Assembly (NCBI GenBank): GCA_946540705.1
Contig: CAMNJD010000565.1
Coordinates: 1-38,065 of the forward strand
From: an uncultured Ruminococcus sp.
GTDB lineage: Bacteria; Bacillota; Clostridia; Oscillospirales; Ruminococcaceae
Direction: 5' to 3'
Length of the DNA stretch: 38,065 bases
Made by a program: the position numbers and the translations under genes
Part shown: in pieces, positions 15,811 through 22,847 of the stretch
Position numbering within the stretch: position 1 is the stretch's first letter
Layout of the letters: every line of letters begins with the position of its first letter
Notes under the pieces: generated by a model
Databases searched by the model: none
What the model was told of the DNA's origin: nothing
What the model saw: the letters and a program-made list of their open reading frames with translations, nothing else

Positions 15811-16412
15811 CAGTCAAAGTATGGGAACAGTTCATCGTTTACGATTTCCCACTGCATCCCCGCGCAATCAAAGCGGATGTAGTTCCAGTCGGACGATGCC
15901 CATACCGGCTGCCGTTCAAACTCAGCGCTGACACGGCATTTGTTGTATTTGTTCTTATCGAAAGTCTGTACTTTTGTGACGATGCTGATTTTCGCCATAT
16001 CGAAGCCGCACTCCTGCGCAATGCGACGGATCGCATCCAGCTCCGACATCGGTGCGGTATCGTCTGCAAGAAACTGGTAGTCGTGCTCGCTCATGTTCGT
16101 GCCGATGTCCTTTGCGGGCTGCCAGTCCAGTTCTCGGTCGAGCTGCGCTTTGGCTTCTGCCAAACGATCGTGGAGCAGCTTGATTTCCGTAAAACTGGCT
16201 TTCAGTTCGTCGGCGTGCTTATTATCACGCTCCAAAGCACATTTGTCTGCAAGGCGTGCAAGGCGTTCCGCGATGCCGTCCTTATCGGCTTTGTACGCCT
16301 CGCAATACTCGTGCTTGTCGAGCTGGCTGCTGTTGTAATCCTGCTCGATCACTTCATAGAGGGCAGCAGACGGGTGGAATCCCGTTAAAACCTCAAATTC
16401 ACGGATTGTCAT
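15810..16412 (-). CDS. hypothetical early protein (200 aa)
   Basis: Long ORF in the early operon. Its stop overlaps the next start (ATGA). No motif recognised. Confidence 0.65.
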   Translation of the reverse strand: MTIREFEVLTGFHPSAALYEVIEQDYNSSQLDKHEYCEAYKADKDGIAERLARLADKCALERDNKHADELKASFTEIKLLHDRLAEAKAQLDRELDWQPAKDIGTNMSEHDYQFLADDTAPMSELDAIRRIAQECGFDMAKISIVTKVQTFDKNKYNKCRVSAEFERQPVWASSDWNYIRFDCAGMQWEIVNDELFPYFD

Positions 16413-16424
16413 AATTACTTCCTT

Positions 16425-16688
16425 TCATTCAATCATGCGCTCCGCGATGCTGTGTGCCATCGGGCGGAGCATAATGTCCGGGTCGATGCCGAGCGCTGCG
16501 AAGTACAGCCCCATCCGTGCAAGCGTGATTTTTTCGGGTGTCTTCGCATCCGCACAGACGGTGACAGCACTGACACCGACGAGCTTTGCGATCTGCGCCT
16601 GCTGCATGTCCTGCGCGGACATCTCCGCAGCGATCAGCTTCCAGATCGTGCGTGCAAAGGTTTTTGCCGGCTTTGCTTTCGTTGCCAT
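16425..16688 (-). CDS. small HTH protein (XRE-like)
   Basis: Track ORF 16425..16724. Start at ATG 16688 (GGGAG 8 nt upstream). QAQIAKLVGVSAVTV is an HTH-like segment. Confidence 0.55.
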   Translation of the reverse strand: MATKAKPAKTFARTIWKLIAAEMSAQDMQQAQIAKLVGVSAVTVCADAKTPEKITLARMGLYFAALGIDPDIMLRPMAHSIAERMIE

Positions 16689-16692
16689 AAGA

Positions 16693-17277
16693 TCAGCTCC
16701 CTTCCATAGGCAATGCTGTAACATAAGGCATCAGTTCTGGATGCAGCATAACGAAGTCCGCAACTGCTCTGCGCTGAATCGCTGCTTCTGCTTTCTGTAC
16801 GGCGAGCTGTGCTTCTGCTGTGGCAAGTGCTGCCTGTTTGTGCCGCAGCTCGCTAAGCAGTGTCGCTGTCAGCTTCTGTTTGCACTGCTCTGCTGTAAGC
16901 GGTTCCTTCGGCGGAGCGGTCGGCAGCTTCGGCGGCAATGCACTCTTGCGGAAGTAATACTCCACAAGGAAGTCATATACCGCCCATGCCTTGTCTGTGT
17001 TCAGGCTCTTTGCATGGAGCAGCACGCCGCGCTCTGTCCACAGGTAAAGTTGCGGCACTTGACTCAGTTCCTTACAATTTGTAAGGGACTTTTTGAAAGC
17101 TCTCAAATCTTCTCCCACAAGGAAAAAGAAATGTTTACCTTCCACATAGCGTTTTTTGTTCCGGCTAAAATTGGTATTGATTGTTGACTTTGAGGTTTCA
17201 TACGCTTCGGCAAGCTGTGCGGTTGTGAGAACGCGCTCTCCTGCGCGTTCGATGATTTTCGGGATGTTCATTTGCAT
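16693..17277 (-). CDS. ORF6N-domain protein (antirepressor-like)
   Basis: 194 aa. RVLTTAQLAEAYETS...INTNFSRNKKRYVEGKHFFFL...LYLWTERGVLLHAKSLNTDKAWAVYDFLVEYYF fits the ORF6N/KilA-N-type pattern. Confidence 0.7.
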   Translation of the reverse strand: MQMNIPKIIERAGERVLTTAQLAEAYETSKSTINTNFSRNKKRYVEGKHFFFLVGEDLRAFKKSLTNCKELSQVPQLYLWTERGVLLHAKSLNTDKAWAVYDFLVEYYFRKSALPPKLPTAPPKEPLTAEQCKQKLTATLLSELRHKQAALATAEAQLAVQKAEAAIQRRAVADFVMLHPELMPYVTALPMEGS

Positions 17278-17480
17278 TCTCCTTTCTCGGCAGCGATCGG
17301 CTCAAGCAGGTCGTCGGCAGTACATCCAAAGATGCCTGCAAGTTTTTTGAGCATGACGATGTCAGGCTTTCTCGCGCCGATTTCCCACATCGAGACGGTG
17401 GACTTTGCAACTCCACACTTTTCAGCAAGTTCCGCCTGCATCATGCCGGATTTTTCGCGGTATTCGCGAATTGCGATCAT
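17268..17480 (-). CDS. Cro-like XRE-family HTH regulator
   Basis: 70 aa. MMQAELAEKCGVAKSTVSMWEIGARKPD. AAGGAGGTG RBS. First gene downstream of the minus-strand consensus promoter. Confidence 0.8.
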   Translation of the reverse strand: MIAIREYREKSGMMQAELAEKCGVAKSTVSMWEIGARKPDIVMLKKLAGIFGCTADDLLEPIAAEKGECK

Positions 17481-17513
17481 GTTATCACCTCCTTATGTCC
17501 GCGATCTGTGTTC

Positions 17514-17542
17514 ATTATATCCACATTTTGTGGATATGTCAA
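17514..17542 (-). promoter_or_regulatory. early (cro-side) promoter TTGACA-17-TATAAT
   Basis: On the minus strand the -35 TTGACA is at 17537-17542 and the -10 TATAAT at 17514-19, with a 17-nt spacer that contains operator 1. Confidence 0.75.
17517..17537. promoter_or_regulatory. operator 1: ATATCCACA-TTT-TGTGGATAT (perfect 9-bp arms)
   Basis: Read directly. Lies inside the spacer of the cro-side promoter. Confidence 0.7.
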
Positions 17543-17549
17543 GATGCAT

Positions 17550-17566
17550 GTCCACATTTTGTAGAC
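17550..17566. promoter_or_regulatory. operator 2: GTCCACA-TTT-TGTAGAC (one arm mismatch)
   Basis: Read directly. Lies between the two divergent promoters. Confidence 0.55.
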
Positions 17567-17590
17567 TTGCTAAGTTTCAACACAGAATCG

Positions 17591-17619
17591 TTGACAATAT
17601 CCACAAAATGTGATATACT
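17591..17619 (+). promoter_or_regulatory. repressor-side promoter TTGACA-17-TGaTATACT
   Basis: -35 at 17591-17596 and -10 TATACT at 17614-17619, preceded by TGA (extended -10). AGGAGGTG RBS before ATG 17640. Confidence 0.7.
17597..17616. promoter_or_regulatory. operator 3: ATATCCACA-AAA-TGTGATAT (imperfect)
   Basis: Read directly. Lies inside the spacer of the repressor-side promoter. Confidence 0.55.
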
Positions 17620-17639
17620 GTACACAGGAGGTGATCTAT

Positions 17640-18107
17640 ATGTTAGGCGAAAGAATCAAATCTCTCCGTGAGGCAAAGCACATCACGCAACAGCAACTCG
17701 CGGACTATATCACTGTCGGAAAAAGCACAGTCGGAATGTGGGAAAACGAAAAGCGAGAGCCGGACATCGAAACGCTTGCGAAAATAGCAGAGTATTTTTG
17801 CGTCAGTATCGACTACCTTGCTGGCAGGACAAATCGAATGATTGACGCAAAAACGTGGGACAAGTATGCCGCGAAATTTGAGAGCTCTTATAATGCGCGG
17901 CTCGAAAATGACATCGTCCTGGTGGAGCAGTTATTCCATGATCTTCCGCAGCAGGATCAGCAGATCGTTTGCGAGTATATCGTTCCGGCGATAAGAACGA
18001 TTGAACACGACGCGATCATGAAACTGAAAGAATACGCCGACGACCTTGCGCGATTGCAAACGTATAGAATCGAAAAAGCGATTGAGAATGAAAAAAGCGC
18101 CGACTGA
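17640..18107 (+). CDS. CI-like XRE-family repressor (no S24 peptidase domain)
   Basis: Track ORF 17610..18107. Start at ATG 17640. ITQQQLADYITVGKSTVGMWENEKREPD HTH. The C-terminal roughly 90 aa are helical with no Ser/Lys autocleavage motif. Confidence 0.8.
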   Translation: MLGERIKSLREAKHITQQQLADYITVGKSTVGMWENEKREPDIETLAKIAEYFCVSIDYLAGRTNRMIDAKTWDKYAAKFESSYNARLENDIVLVEQLFHDLPQQDQQIVCEYIVPAIRTIEHDAIMKLKEYADDLARLQTYRIEKAIENEKSAD

Positions 18108-18219
18108 CCGAAGTCAACCGACGCGAACGAGTGTTCTATTTCTATTGTACAACAAAACACATGTTTTGTCAAGCGGCTGGTGTGCAAATTTTTACATATA
18201 CTTTTGAAAGGTGGTTAAA

Positions 18220-19032
18220 ATGGGCATTTTTGATAAGCTGAAAAATGCTATGAGTCAAGCAAAGCAAGCGACGGCAGCTCCAGCAAAAGCGCCAGAACCC
18301 AAAAAGCTAAGTTACAGCGAACGAGAAGCGATATATCGCCAGAACAAAATCAATGAATTCCGCGAGATCCTGTCCGGTCTCCGGAAGGTCAAAATTGAAT
18401 TAAGCGAGGAAAAGCGCAATCGAAACAATGCGATTGAGATGCCGGAGATATCTCCAAAAAACATTACGAAATCAACAAATCTATCAAAGCTGCGCGATTT
18501 TATCGCAATCGACACCGAGACGACCGGTCTGAAGCCTGGCGGAAATGATGTAATCGAAGTGTCCGCCGTCCTCTTTCACGACTTCGAGCCTGTTGAAGCG
18601 TTCTCGACGCTGATTAAGCCGAGAAAACCGATCCCGCCGGATGCCACTGCTGTAAACGGCATCACAGACGATATGGTGCAGGATGCTCCAAGATTCTACG
18701 AGATCGCGCCTGCGCTCGAAGCGTATCTCAAAAAGTTGCCGCTTGTCGGGCATAACATTGCTTTTGATTTGCGGCATCTGTTTGTAAACGGTCTCGGCTC
18801 TGTTGATCAACATGTAATCTACGATACACTTGCACTCAGCAAAAAATTTTGTGATGATGATATACTTGATTACAAACTCGCAACCGTATGCAAAGAGTAT
18901 CTGATATACATGGACGATGCCCACAGAGCGACCGCTGACGCGCTGGCTTGCGGACTGCTTTTTGTCAGTTTTATTTTGCAGTCGCGCGACGATTGCTATG
19001 ATATCGGAGATCTGATAAGCAAATGCGGCTAA
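18220..19032 (+). CDS. DEDDh (DnaQ/epsilon-like) 3-5 exonuclease with about 95-aa unknown N-terminal extension
   Basis: Start at ATG 18220 (AAAGGTGG 5 nt upstream). ExoI FIAIDTETTGL, ExoII LVGHNIAFDLRHL, ExoIII HRATADALA. Confidence 0.8.
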   Translation: MGIFDKLKNAMSQAKQATAAPAKAPEPKKLSYSEREAIYRQNKINEFREILSGLRKVKIELSEEKRNRNNAIEMPEISPKNITKSTNLSKLRDFIAIDTETTGLKPGGNDVIEVSAVLFHDFEPVEAFSTLIKPRKPIPPDATAVNGITDDMVQDAPRFYEIAPALEAYLKKLPLVGHNIAFDLRHLFVNGLGSVDQHVIYDTLALSKKFCDDDILDYKLATVCKEYLIYMDDAHRATADALACGLLFVSFILQSRDDCYDIGDLISKCG

Positions 19033-19055
19033 GTGCCAAGCAAAGGGGTGATCCT

Positions 19056-20108
19056 ATGGCAAAAGCAAAGAAACTGCCGTCAGGGAGCTGGAGTGTGAAC
19101 CAGTTCATAGGCATGGATCAGAACGGCAAGCGCATATACAAGCGCTTCACCGCGCCCACAAAGCGCGAGGCGGAGTATCTTGCAGCGGAGTATGTTGCAA
19201 AGAAAAAGCGCCCAGTCGAACGGATGACCGTCGGCGAGGCGATAGACAGGTATATTGAAAGCAAGGACGGCGTACTCTCGCCGACCACAGTAAACGGATA
19301 CCGGAATCTCCGGAACAATCATTTTGCAGGGCTTATGGACATCCGGATCGACCGGATCACGCGGGAAGATGTGCAACGTGAAGTGAACAGTGAGTCAAAG
19401 CGGTTCAGTGCGAAAACAGTCATCAATGCGCACGGCCTGCTCGCTGCAGCGCTTGCTATGCATAATCCTGATTTCGTTCTGCGGACTACCCTGCCCCGCA
19501 AAGTCAAGCAGCTCAAGCGTGACCTGCCGACCTCTGAGGACGTCATCAGAGCCATTCGTGGCAATCCTGTGGAGCTTCCTGTACTGTTGGCTATGTGTCT
19601 GTGTCTGCGTCTCTCAGAGGTCAGAGGCGTGCGCAGAAGCGCTGTAGAAGGCGATCGGCTTCGCATTGACCGTGTGATTGTGACAGTCAAAGGCGCTCAC
19701 ATCGAGAAGGAGCTGCCGAAGACGGATGCGTCCCGGCGATATGTTGACATTCCGCCGTTTCTGCGTGACATGATTCTGGCATCAGAGACGGAGTATATCA
19801 CAACACTGACAGGCCGTGCGATCTACGGGCGTTTCGTCAACGCCATGAAGAAAGCAGGCTTTGAAGGTGTACGCTTCCATGACCTGCGACATATCTCCGC
19901 AAGCGATATGCACGCGCTTGGGATCTCTGACCGTGTTGCAGCAGAGCGCGGCGGATGGGCAGGCACTCAGACTATGCAGCAGGTCTACCAGCACAGCTTT
20001 TCCGTTGACCGCCGGAAGGCAGACAAGAAGATGTGCGAATACTACGAAAAGCTGATAAATGCAACACGAAATGCAACACGCGACATCGAAACCAACGAAT
20101 CTACGTAG
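19056..20108 (+). CDS. int: phage tyrosine integrase
   Basis: Start at ATG 19056 (350 aa). N-terminal SAM-like core-binding region. LRLSEVRG (R), HDLRH (HxxR), GGWAG, QQVYQH (Y). Ends 9 nt before the tRNA-like att core. Confidence 0.9.
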   Translation: MAKAKKLPSGSWSVNQFIGMDQNGKRIYKRFTAPTKREAEYLAAEYVAKKKRPVERMTVGEAIDRYIESKDGVLSPTTVNGYRNLRNNHFAGLMDIRIDRITREDVQREVNSESKRFSAKTVINAHGLLAAALAMHNPDFVLRTTLPRKVKQLKRDLPTSEDVIRAIRGNPVELPVLLAMCLCLRLSEVRGVRRSAVEGDRLRIDRVIVTVKGAHIEKELPKTDASRRYVDIPPFLRDMILASETEYITTLTGRAIYGRFVNAMKKAGFEGVRFHDLRHISASDMHALGISDRVAAERGGWAGTQTMQQVYQHSFSVDRRKADKKMCEYYEKLINATRNATRDIETNEST

Positions 20109-20116
20109 CGTTTCGC

Positions 20117-20140
20117 GGGGTTCGATTCCCCTCACCTGCT
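20117..20140 (+). other. tRNA 3-prime-end-like fragment (T-arm plus acceptor strand), probable att core
   Basis: GGGG-TTCGATT-CCCC T CACCTGC T is a canonical T-stem/T-loop followed by 7 nt plus a discriminator. No matching 5-prime half upstream. Confidence 0.6.
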
Positions 20141-20145
20141 TATTT

Positions 20146-20193
20146 AAAAACCGCTGTATTTGCGTGATTTCAGCGCAGGTACGGCGGTTTTTA
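20146..20193 (+). terminator. rho-independent terminator after int / att core
   Basis: AAAAACCGCTGTA...TACGGCGGTTTTT. 9-bp outer stem with one G-U pair, inner TGCG/CGCA pairing, T-run at 20188-20192. Confidence 0.6.
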
Positions 20194-20283
20194 TGTTGCA
20201 TATATGTTGCAGAATATAAGCATTTTTGAATCAAAAACAAGCATTTTTAAGAGGAATGCAACACGAAATGCAACACGAAAAAC

Positions 20284-20322
20284 AACCGACAGCGGATGAG
20301 CTCCCCTGCCGGTTTTTCTTTT
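20284..20322 (+). terminator. rho-independent terminator upstream of the accessory cassette
   Basis: AACCGACAG-13 nt-CTGCCGGTT with one A.C mismatch, followed by TTTTTCTTTT. Confidence 0.55.
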
Positions 20323-20381
20323 CAATAACAAAATCTCACAATTTGCAGCCTGCGCTTTTGTGCAAGTATACAAAAGTTGAG

Positions 20382-20426
20382 TTTGTGGCAACTTTTTGCT
20401 GATTTCCTATTGACTTTGTGGCAACT
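20382..20426 (+). repeat. direct repeat TTTGTGGCAACT x2 (operator-like)
   Basis: Exact 12-mers at 20382-20393 and 20415-20426, 33 bp apart. The second copy lies in the promoter spacer. Confidence 0.5.
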
Positions 20427-20438
20427 CTATGATATAAT
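20410..20438 (+). promoter_or_regulatory. accessory-cassette promoter TTGACT-17-TGaTATAAT
   Basis: -35 at 20410-20415, 17-nt spacer, extended -10 TGATATAAT ending at 20438. A 63-nt purine-rich leader runs to ATG 20502. Confidence 0.7.
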
Positions 20439-20501
20439 ATAATCAAGGAAAGGGAAGGAAAACCCAAAGGAAAACCAAGAGAACAAACGGAGGAAAAGAA
20501 A

Positions 20502-20744
20502 ATGAAAAAATATAAGTGGGTTAAGCATTTTGAAAACTGGAATAACCGCGGATATTCGCTGCACGACAACACAACCGGAAAAAATATTGCATGGATTGAG
20601 GAAAATAATTACTGTGATTATACAGTACATGCAAGCGACTACATATTAGCTGCATATAGATACCCGCATACACTCGCCGAAACTATGGCGGCATGTGCAA
20701 AAAGCGCCGGAATCAATCCGGAAGAAATTGAAGAGTACAACTAA
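20502..20744 (+). CDS. hypothetical protein (80 aa), accessory gene A
   Basis: GGAGGAAAAGAAAATG RBS. AT-rich. No motif recognised. Followed by the hairpin GCCGCCGG-GTTGAT-CCGGCGGC (20753-20774). Confidence 0.65.
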   Translation: MKKYKWVKHFENWNNRGYSLHDNTTGKNIAWIEENNYCDYTVHASDYILAAYRYPHTLAETMAACAKSAGINPEEIEEYN

Positions 20745-20799
20745 TAACAACAGCCGCCGGGTTGATCCGGCGGCACAACATGAACAGGAGGTAAGGAAA

Positions 20800-21147
20800 A
20801 TGAAAGACTTCATCGAGAAATGCAAGAAGTTTCTTGCCACGCCGAATATCACAACGCCGAAATTCTGTATATATACAGAATCCGGAAAAGTTGCAAACAG
20901 CGATACTCACAAAGATGGCGAAACGCTCTATGCTATTATCAAAATGGACGACGGGAAGATTGTTGCTTTTTGGGGAAATGCGTTTTATACGCTTCACGGC
21001 GAAAAGGTATATATCCTGTCTGAACATGATGAATATATCAGTTGCAGCGGTCAGATTCGGCTCCATGTAACAATTCCGCAAGAAGGAATGGTTTTTAAGA
21101 CATATTCAGCACAGATCGTTAACTATCAGGATAAATTTGTTTTGTAA
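20800..21147 (+). CDS. hypothetical protein (115 aa), accessory gene B
   Basis: Track ORF 20695..21147. Start at ATG 20800 after ACAGGAGGTAAGG. AT-rich. Confidence 0.65.
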   Translation: MKDFIEKCKKFLATPNITTPKFCIYTESGKVANSDTHKDGETLYAIIKMDDGKIVAFWGNAFYTLHGEKVYILSEHDEYISCSGQIRLHVTIPQEGMVFKTYSAQIVNYQDKFVL

Positions 21148-21160
21148 GGAGGTATGGAAA

Positions 21161-21379
21161 ATGAAAATTGATAACATCATTAAAAAAATAAATAATACAT
21201 GCAAGCCGTTTGATATTGACGATTTGCGAGCAATCTTTACAGCAGCTAACAACGCCGAAGGGCTAAAGATGCTCGAAAGTATCGACGATACCGACGATAT
21301 ACCGATTGATATTATAGACAGCGCGATGTATGATCTCGGATACTATGCAGATACAGCAGGGACATACAGAAAATTGTAA
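21161..21379 (+). CDS. small acidic protein (72 aa), accessory gene C
   Basis: Start at ATG 21161 after TAAGGAGGT. 12 Asp and 2 Glu against 8 Lys/Arg. One sampled 60-nt line is about 23 percent GC. Confidence 0.6.
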   Translation: MKIDNIIKKINNTCKPFDIDDLRAIFTAANNAEGLKMLESIDDTDDIPIDIIDSAMYDLGYYADTAGTYRKL

Positions 21380-21403
21380 TCAAACAGGCAGGAGGTAAAG
21401 GAA

Positions 21404-22402
21404 ATGGGTAAGAAGATTGACGAGCCGTTGCCGTTTATGCTCTTGAAGCAGATCCCCACGAAAGCGTGGGAACTCTGCGACAAGTGCATGGAGCTAAAAC
21501 AGGAAATGCAATGGAGTGACCGGTGCATCCTTCCGATTGCTGCCGGAATGTCTGTTGCTGGTGAGATCGGTAAGGATATGGCTGCGGACGGCTATAAGAT
21601 CTCCGCGCTTTACGCATGGAGAAAGTACAAGGAAATCTACTCTTTCGACGATGACCTTGCAGAAATTCTCATTGGTCAGGCTGACTCTGGCATGGACATC
21701 CCGATGCCGATCCTGTATCAGCTCCCATACCCCTGCATTTTCATCCAGTACAAGAGCGCTGGCTTCTTTGTCCATTTTGAGCATGATGTAAACAATCAGC
21801 AGTTTGAGCTGCGGATGTGGTACATCAATGAAGCAGAAAAAGAAAGTGTCCCGCTGATCCTGCACATCGAGGACGACTGCACCATCGACGAAGCAATGCA
21901 AAAGACAGTCGAAGAAGCGAAGCGGCACACAAAGCACCCGGACGTGGATTTCCTCATCGAACAAGGCGGCGTTCCAATGGCACAGAAAGCCGCTGAGCTG
22001 CTGCAATTCATCTTGTACATCTGTGCGGACAATTCCGAAAAAGAGGAAGATCCGGAGCAGAAGAAGGTCACACGCCGGACCGATGAATCCGAGAAAAAGC
22101 CGAAGGACGTCTTCCGGGAAATCCGGAAGTGGGACGTCGGCTATCGGATCGGGAGCCAGATCAGACGCATGAAGGCGAACGACCACGATCAAAGCGAGAA
22201 CGCAGATCAGAGCGAGGCCACCGTCAGGGCATACCAGAAAGGCAGCAAAAAGGCACCGCATGCACGCCGCGGCCACTGGCATCACTACTGGATCGGCAAA
22301 CGGGAAACCGACGAGCGCAAGCTGATCCTGAAATGGGTCGCCCCCATTTTTATCAACGGCGATGAAGGCGACAACATCGCCACAATCCATCCCGTGAAAT
22401 GA
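21404..22402 (+). CDS. hypothetical protein (332 aa), accessory gene D, with basic His/Trp-rich C-terminal motif
   Basis: AGGAGG RBS. Acidic/Lys-rich linker, then HARRGHWHHYWIGKR...LILKWVAPIFING. No family recognised. Confidence 0.7.
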   Translation: MGKKIDEPLPFMLLKQIPTKAWELCDKCMELKQEMQWSDRCILPIAAGMSVAGEIGKDMAADGYKISALYAWRKYKEIYSFDDDLAEILIGQADSGMDIPMPILYQLPYPCIFIQYKSAGFFVHFEHDVNNQQFELRMWYINEAEKESVPLILHIEDDCTIDEAMQKTVEEAKRHTKHPDVDFLIEQGGVPMAQKAAELLQFILYICADNSEKEEDPEQKKVTRRTDESEKKPKDVFREIRKWDVGYRIGSQIRRMKANDHDQSENADQSEATVRAYQKGSKKAPHARRGHWHHYWIGKRETDERKLILKWVAPIFINGDEGDNIATIHPVK

Positions 22403-22415
22403 AAGGAAGATCATC

Positions 22416-22847
22416 ATGAAAAAAATCAAAAACGGCAAGGTATACGATACTACAACCGCCAGAAAGCTCGGCGAATATGCGCCGAATCCGAACCAGTCCG
22501 ATTTCAGCTATTACTGCGAGACGCTTTACCAAAAGAAGACCGGAGAGTACTTCCTTCACGGGGCAGGCAATGCGTCCAGCCCGTACAGCAAGAGCTGCGG
22601 GATCAACGAGATGTGCAGCGGTGAAGAAATCAAGCCGCTTTCTTACGAAGCAGCACAGAAGTGGGCGGAGGATCATCTCGACGGAGACGAGTACTGCGAG
22701 ATCTTCGGCGAGCCGGACGAGGATGCGGAAGACGAAAAGATGACAGTCCGCCTTTCCGCTGCTGCCGCTGCCAAGCTCGCGCGTGAATCTGCAAAAAACG
22801 GCATCACCAAGCAGGCGCAGCTTGAGCGATGGATCTTGGATGCGTAA
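22416..22847 (+). CDS. hypothetical protein (143 aa), accessory gene E, with C-terminal ribbon-helix-helix-like segment
   Basis: AAGGAAG RBS. N-terminal KVYDTTTARKLGEY...DFSYYCETLYQKKTGEYFLHGAG. Acidic linker. C-terminal KMTVRLSAAAAAKLARESAKNGITKQAQLERWILDA looks CopG/RHH-like. Confidence 0.65.
   Translation: MKKIKNGKVYDTTTARKLGEYAPNPNQSDFSYYCETLYQKKTGEYFLHGAGNASSPYSKSCGINEMCSGEEIKPLSYEAAQKWAEDHLDGDEYCEIFGEPDEDAEDEKMTVRLSAAAAAKLARESAKNGITKQAQLERWILDA

Larger units (their letters stand above)
20058..20277 (+). mobile_element. attP-like region: core flanked by three tandem pairs of arm-type sites
   Basis: AATGCAACACGAAATGCAACACG occurs at 20058-20080 (inside the int 3-prime end) and again at 20255-20277. 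An inverted pair ATGTTGCAT/ATGTTGCAG sits at 20193-20212. Members of each pair are 11 bp apart. AT palindrome TTTTTGAATCAAAAA at 20223-20237. Confidence 0.65.

Noticed and set aside
20062-20140. Possible complete tRNA gene next to the integrase
   Set aside because: Only a T-arm and 3-prime acceptor strand are present. There is no complementary 5-prime acceptor (GCAGGTG), D-arm or anticodon arm upstream, where the sequence encodes the int C-terminus. It is treated as the att core fragment.
20191-20572. Minus-strand ORFs of 66 to 78 aa across the attP and promoter region (20191..20391, 20336..20572, 20427..20630)
   Set aside because: They run through terminators, arm-type repeats and the cassette promoter, have no RBS and have odd Phe/Leu/Cys-rich composition. 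They are considered non-coding.
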